From an uncultured Acidimicrobiia bacterium (GTDB lineage: Bacteria > Actinomycetota > Acidimicrobiia > Spongiisociales > DATADW01), in contig CAWGYV010000016.1 of the NCBI GenBank assembly GCA_963826825.1, positions 414,771 through 478,770 on the forward strand: a stretch of DNA of 64,000 nt. Reading direction: 5' to 3'. A program made the position numbers and the translations under genes. This document shows, in pieces, positions 61,659 through 64,000 of the stretch; position 1 is the stretch's first letter, and each line of letters opens with the position of its first letter. Below the pieces are notes generated by a model. The model saw nothing but the letters and a program-made list of their open reading frames with translations, was not told the DNA's origin and ran no database searches.

Positions 61659-62509
61659 TGCCACCTGAGCTACATCCCGCCGGCACGATTCGAGACGGTC
61701 CGGGCCGGCGCCGACCTGATCGCCGAGCGCACCGGGCGCACCAGGCACGATCTCGCCCTGGTCTTGGGTAGCGGACTCGGCGGCTATGCCGCCACGCTGT
61801 CCGATCCGGTCGAAGTTGGGCTACGACGAGATTCCGGGGATGCCGGTCCCCGCGGTGGAAGGGCACGGCGGCGTCCTCGTGTCGGCGATGGCAAATGGTT
61901 ACCCGGTGCTTGCCTTCACCGGGCGGGTACACGCCTACGAAGGGTGGGACCTGGCGGAGGTCGTCTTTGGGGTGCGGGCCGCAGTCCTCGCCGGTTGCCG
62001 CACGGTTGTGCTCACCAACGCCGCCGGCGGTATCGGCGAAGGGCTTTCGCCGGGAGACCTGGTCGTGATCCGAGACCACCTCAACCTCACAGGACGCACC
62101 CCGCTCCAGGGCCGCAACGACGAAAGGCTCGGGCTGCGGTTCCCCGACATGACCGAGGTGTACACCGCCGGGCTGCGCCAACGCCTGGCCGAGACCGCTG
62201 CGGGTCTCGGCGAGTCACTCGGAAGCGGTGTCTATGCCTGGCTGCTCGGTCCCGCATACGAGACGCCCGCCGAGGTGGAGATGGCGCGCCGTCTCGGCGC
62301 CGACCTGGTGGGCATGTCAACGGTGCCCGAGGCGATCGCGGCCCGTCACATGGGTGCCAGGGTGGTCGGTATCTCGCTGGTGACCAACCTCGCCGCCGGG
62401 ATGTCGGCCAACCCGCTGTCACACGACGAGGTGCAGGAGACCGCCACCGCCGCCCAAGGAGCGGTTCACGCGGCTGCTCGACGCCGCCCTCCCCGTCCTC
62501 GTCCCCTGA
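61658..62509 (+). CDS. punA: Purine nucleoside phosphorylase, PunA (trimeric PNP) type (frame breaks ~61690, ~61830, ~62455)
   Basis: LALVLGSGLGGYA / VEGHGGVLV..FTGRVHAYEG..VLTNAAGGI..GMSTVPEAIAARHMG / KERFTRLLDAALPVLVP-stop at 62507..62509. The ATG overlaps the deoA stop (TGATG). Confidence 0.85.
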
Positions 62510-62511
62510 TC

Positions 62512-63299
62512 TCAGATACCGAGCACCTGATCGAGCCCGACAGTCGACGCCGACGGCTCCCACCACATGCCGGATGGACAGAACCGCACCTAGGGCGAAC
62601 GACGCATAGGTGGTGCTCTGGTGGATCACCGAGAACAACTCACCGCTGTTGGAGAAGGCGACCTCCTGTTGCGAGATGACACCTTCGAGGCGGACGAGTG
62701 GACTCGCACCCCGCCGACATCGGCACCCCTCGCCCCGGCGACGAGTTCCGAGGAGGCGGTCGAGGACGACCCTCCTGCAGCGGCGATCCGTGAGGCGGTG
62801 TTCAAAGACGTGCCCGACGGGGCGTCGGGCTTGTCGGCGTGGTGGCGCTCGATCACCTCGGCCTGCTCGAAGTGGGGCGCAGCCAGCTCGGCGAAAGCGC
62901 GCCATCAGCACCGCTCCCACCGAGAAGTTGGGCACCACCAGACAGCCCGGTCTTTCGTCCCCCCAGAGCCGGCGCAGCTCGTCGAGCCGTTCCTCGGTGA
63001 ACCCGGATGTCCCGACCACGGCTCCAAACCCCCGCCGGCGCCAAGCGCGCAGGTTGTCCATGACCACCGTCGGGTTGGTCGACTCGACCATCACGTCGGC
63101 CTCGACCTCATCGGGATCGGCAACCACCTCCAAACCGGCGAAATGAACTGCCCCCGCGGTTCGGGTTGTAGGCGCCGGTGAGCTCGAGGTCGTCGGCGGC
63201 CTCGACGGCCTCGGCCACCGCGGTGGCGAGACGACCAGGCGCCCCGGAGATCGCGACACGTATCAGACAGGAGCCCCCATCGGCGGCCGACAGTACCAT
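62512..63299 (-). CDS. dapB: 4-hydroxy-tetrahydrodipicolinate reductase (about 4 frame breaks)
   Basis: [16 protein letters not shown] / [27 protein letters not shown] / [14 protein letters not shown] / [33 protein letters not shown] lie in different frames. The shifted tail is VGLDQVLGI-stop at 62512. Confidence 0.85.
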
Positions 63300-63328
63300 C
63301 CGGCGTCCTCCCCACCCGGAGCCTCCTG

Positions 63329-64000
63329 GTGCCCGATCTCCCGCAAACCGCTGCCGTCGTCGTCGTCGGTGGAGGCGTGACCGGTACCAGTGCCCTCTAC
63401 CACCTGACGGCGGCTGGGTGCCAGGACGTGCTGTTGCTGGAAAGGGACACGCTCTGCGCGGGCTCCACCAGCAAGGCGGCAGGGGGCATCCGCGCCCAGT
63501 TCTCCGACGAGCTCAACATCAGGATGGCGCTGGAGAACATCCGTCGCTTCGAGCGATTCGGTGACGAGATCGGGGTGGACATCGACTTCAAGCAGTGGGG
63601 CTACCTGATCATGGTCGGATCGGGCTCGCTGCCGCAGTTCCGGGAGGCGCTCGACCTGCAGCACCGGCTCGGCGTCCCGTCGGAGCTGCTCGGTCCCGAC
63701 GAGATCGCCCGGATCGTCCCCCAACTGGCCACTGACGATCTGGCTGGAGCCACCTTCTGTCCCATAGACGGTTACGCCACCCCCGAGAGCGTGGGCCAGG
63801 GATATGCCGGAGCCGCGACCCGCCGCGGGGCTCGGGTGATCCAGGGCTGCGAGGTCACCGTCGGTGACCGTCGAGGAAGGAAGCGTCACCGGAGTGGCCA
63901 CGACGATGGGCACGATCTCGTCACCTCTTGTGATCCTCGCCGCCGGTGTGTGGTCGGTGGATCTGGCCGCGGCGGCGGGGCTCCACCTCCCGGTGACACC
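63329..64000 (+). CDS. FAD-dependent oxidoreductase (DAO / sarcosine-oxidase-beta-like), 5' part running off the window end (frame break ~63860)
   Basis: My own translation from GTG 63329 (GGAG upstream) is VPDLPQTAAVVVVGGGVTGTSALYHLTAAGCQDVLLLERDTLCAGSTSKAAGGIR (dinucleotide-binding GxGxxG). Confidence 0.75.
   Translation, partial: MPDLPQTAAVVVVGGGVTGTSALYHLTAAGCQDVLLLERDTLCAGSTSKAAGGIRAQFSDELNIRMALENIRRFERFGDEIGVDIDFKQWGYLIMVGSGSLPQFREALDLQHRLGVPSELLGPDEIARIVPQLATDDLAGATFCPIDGYATPESVGQGYAGAATRRGARVIQGCEVTVGDRRGRKRHRSGHDDGHDLVTSCDPRRRCVVGGSGRGGGAPPPGDT

Overview
This is a very GC-rich chromosomal segment of Actinomycetota type; G+C was judged by eye, not computed. The backbone is the conserved actinobacterial housekeeping block: tsf-rpsB, a FliA/WhiG-type sigma factor, xerC, dprA, comM, then yraN, DUF2469, lepB, rplS, trmD, then rimM, a KH protein, rpsP and ffh. 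It continues with ppc, upp, an alkyltransferase-like (ATL) protein, a two-gene ABC exporter, deoA, a PunA-type nucleoside phosphorylase, dapB and a partial FAD oxidoreductase. Two accessory blocks interrupt this backbone. (1) About 31 kb (5.7-36.9 kb) sits between comM and yraN. It carries two sulfotransferases, GT4 and GT2 glycosyltransferases, a DrrAB-like ABC-2 exporter and an AlkZ/YcaQ-like glycosylase coupled to an operon of two alpha/beta hydrolases and an ACP. It also carries a second ACP, SGNH-like paralogs, a Lys-less lipoyl-like protein, an SLH / TAT-beta-helix / SLH-SGNH operon and a CDP-sugar set (rfbF, an SDR, two Zn-ribbon C-methyltransferases). The rest is a tandemly duplicated LPXTG surface-protein cassette and a module of DAHP synthase, FAAL, chorismate pyruvate-lyase and a CapK/PaaK-like ligase. 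(2) About 8.6 kb (40.8-49.4 kb) sits between trmD and rimM. It holds YbjQ, an acyl-CoA dehydrogenase, an RHH-DUF4097 protein, an M15/PG-binding peptidase, split cofG/cofH and a lipoprotein. I recognised no rRNA, tRNA, CRISPR array, transposase or phage genes. Major caveat: by hand reconstruction the sequence carries roughly 60-70 single-nucleotide-type frame breaks, about 1 per kb, including breaks in ffh, rplS, trmD, lepB and ppc. Many ORF-track entries are therefore fragments or artificial fusions. Coordinates below are for the reconstructed genes, and frame-break positions are approximate. The best candidate for an undescribed system is the PKS/NRPS-free, ACP-dependent, probably 4-hydroxybenzoate-primed glycoconjugate or metabolite pathway spread over 9.7-17.3 kb and 29.8-34.5 kb, together with its surface-display neighbours.
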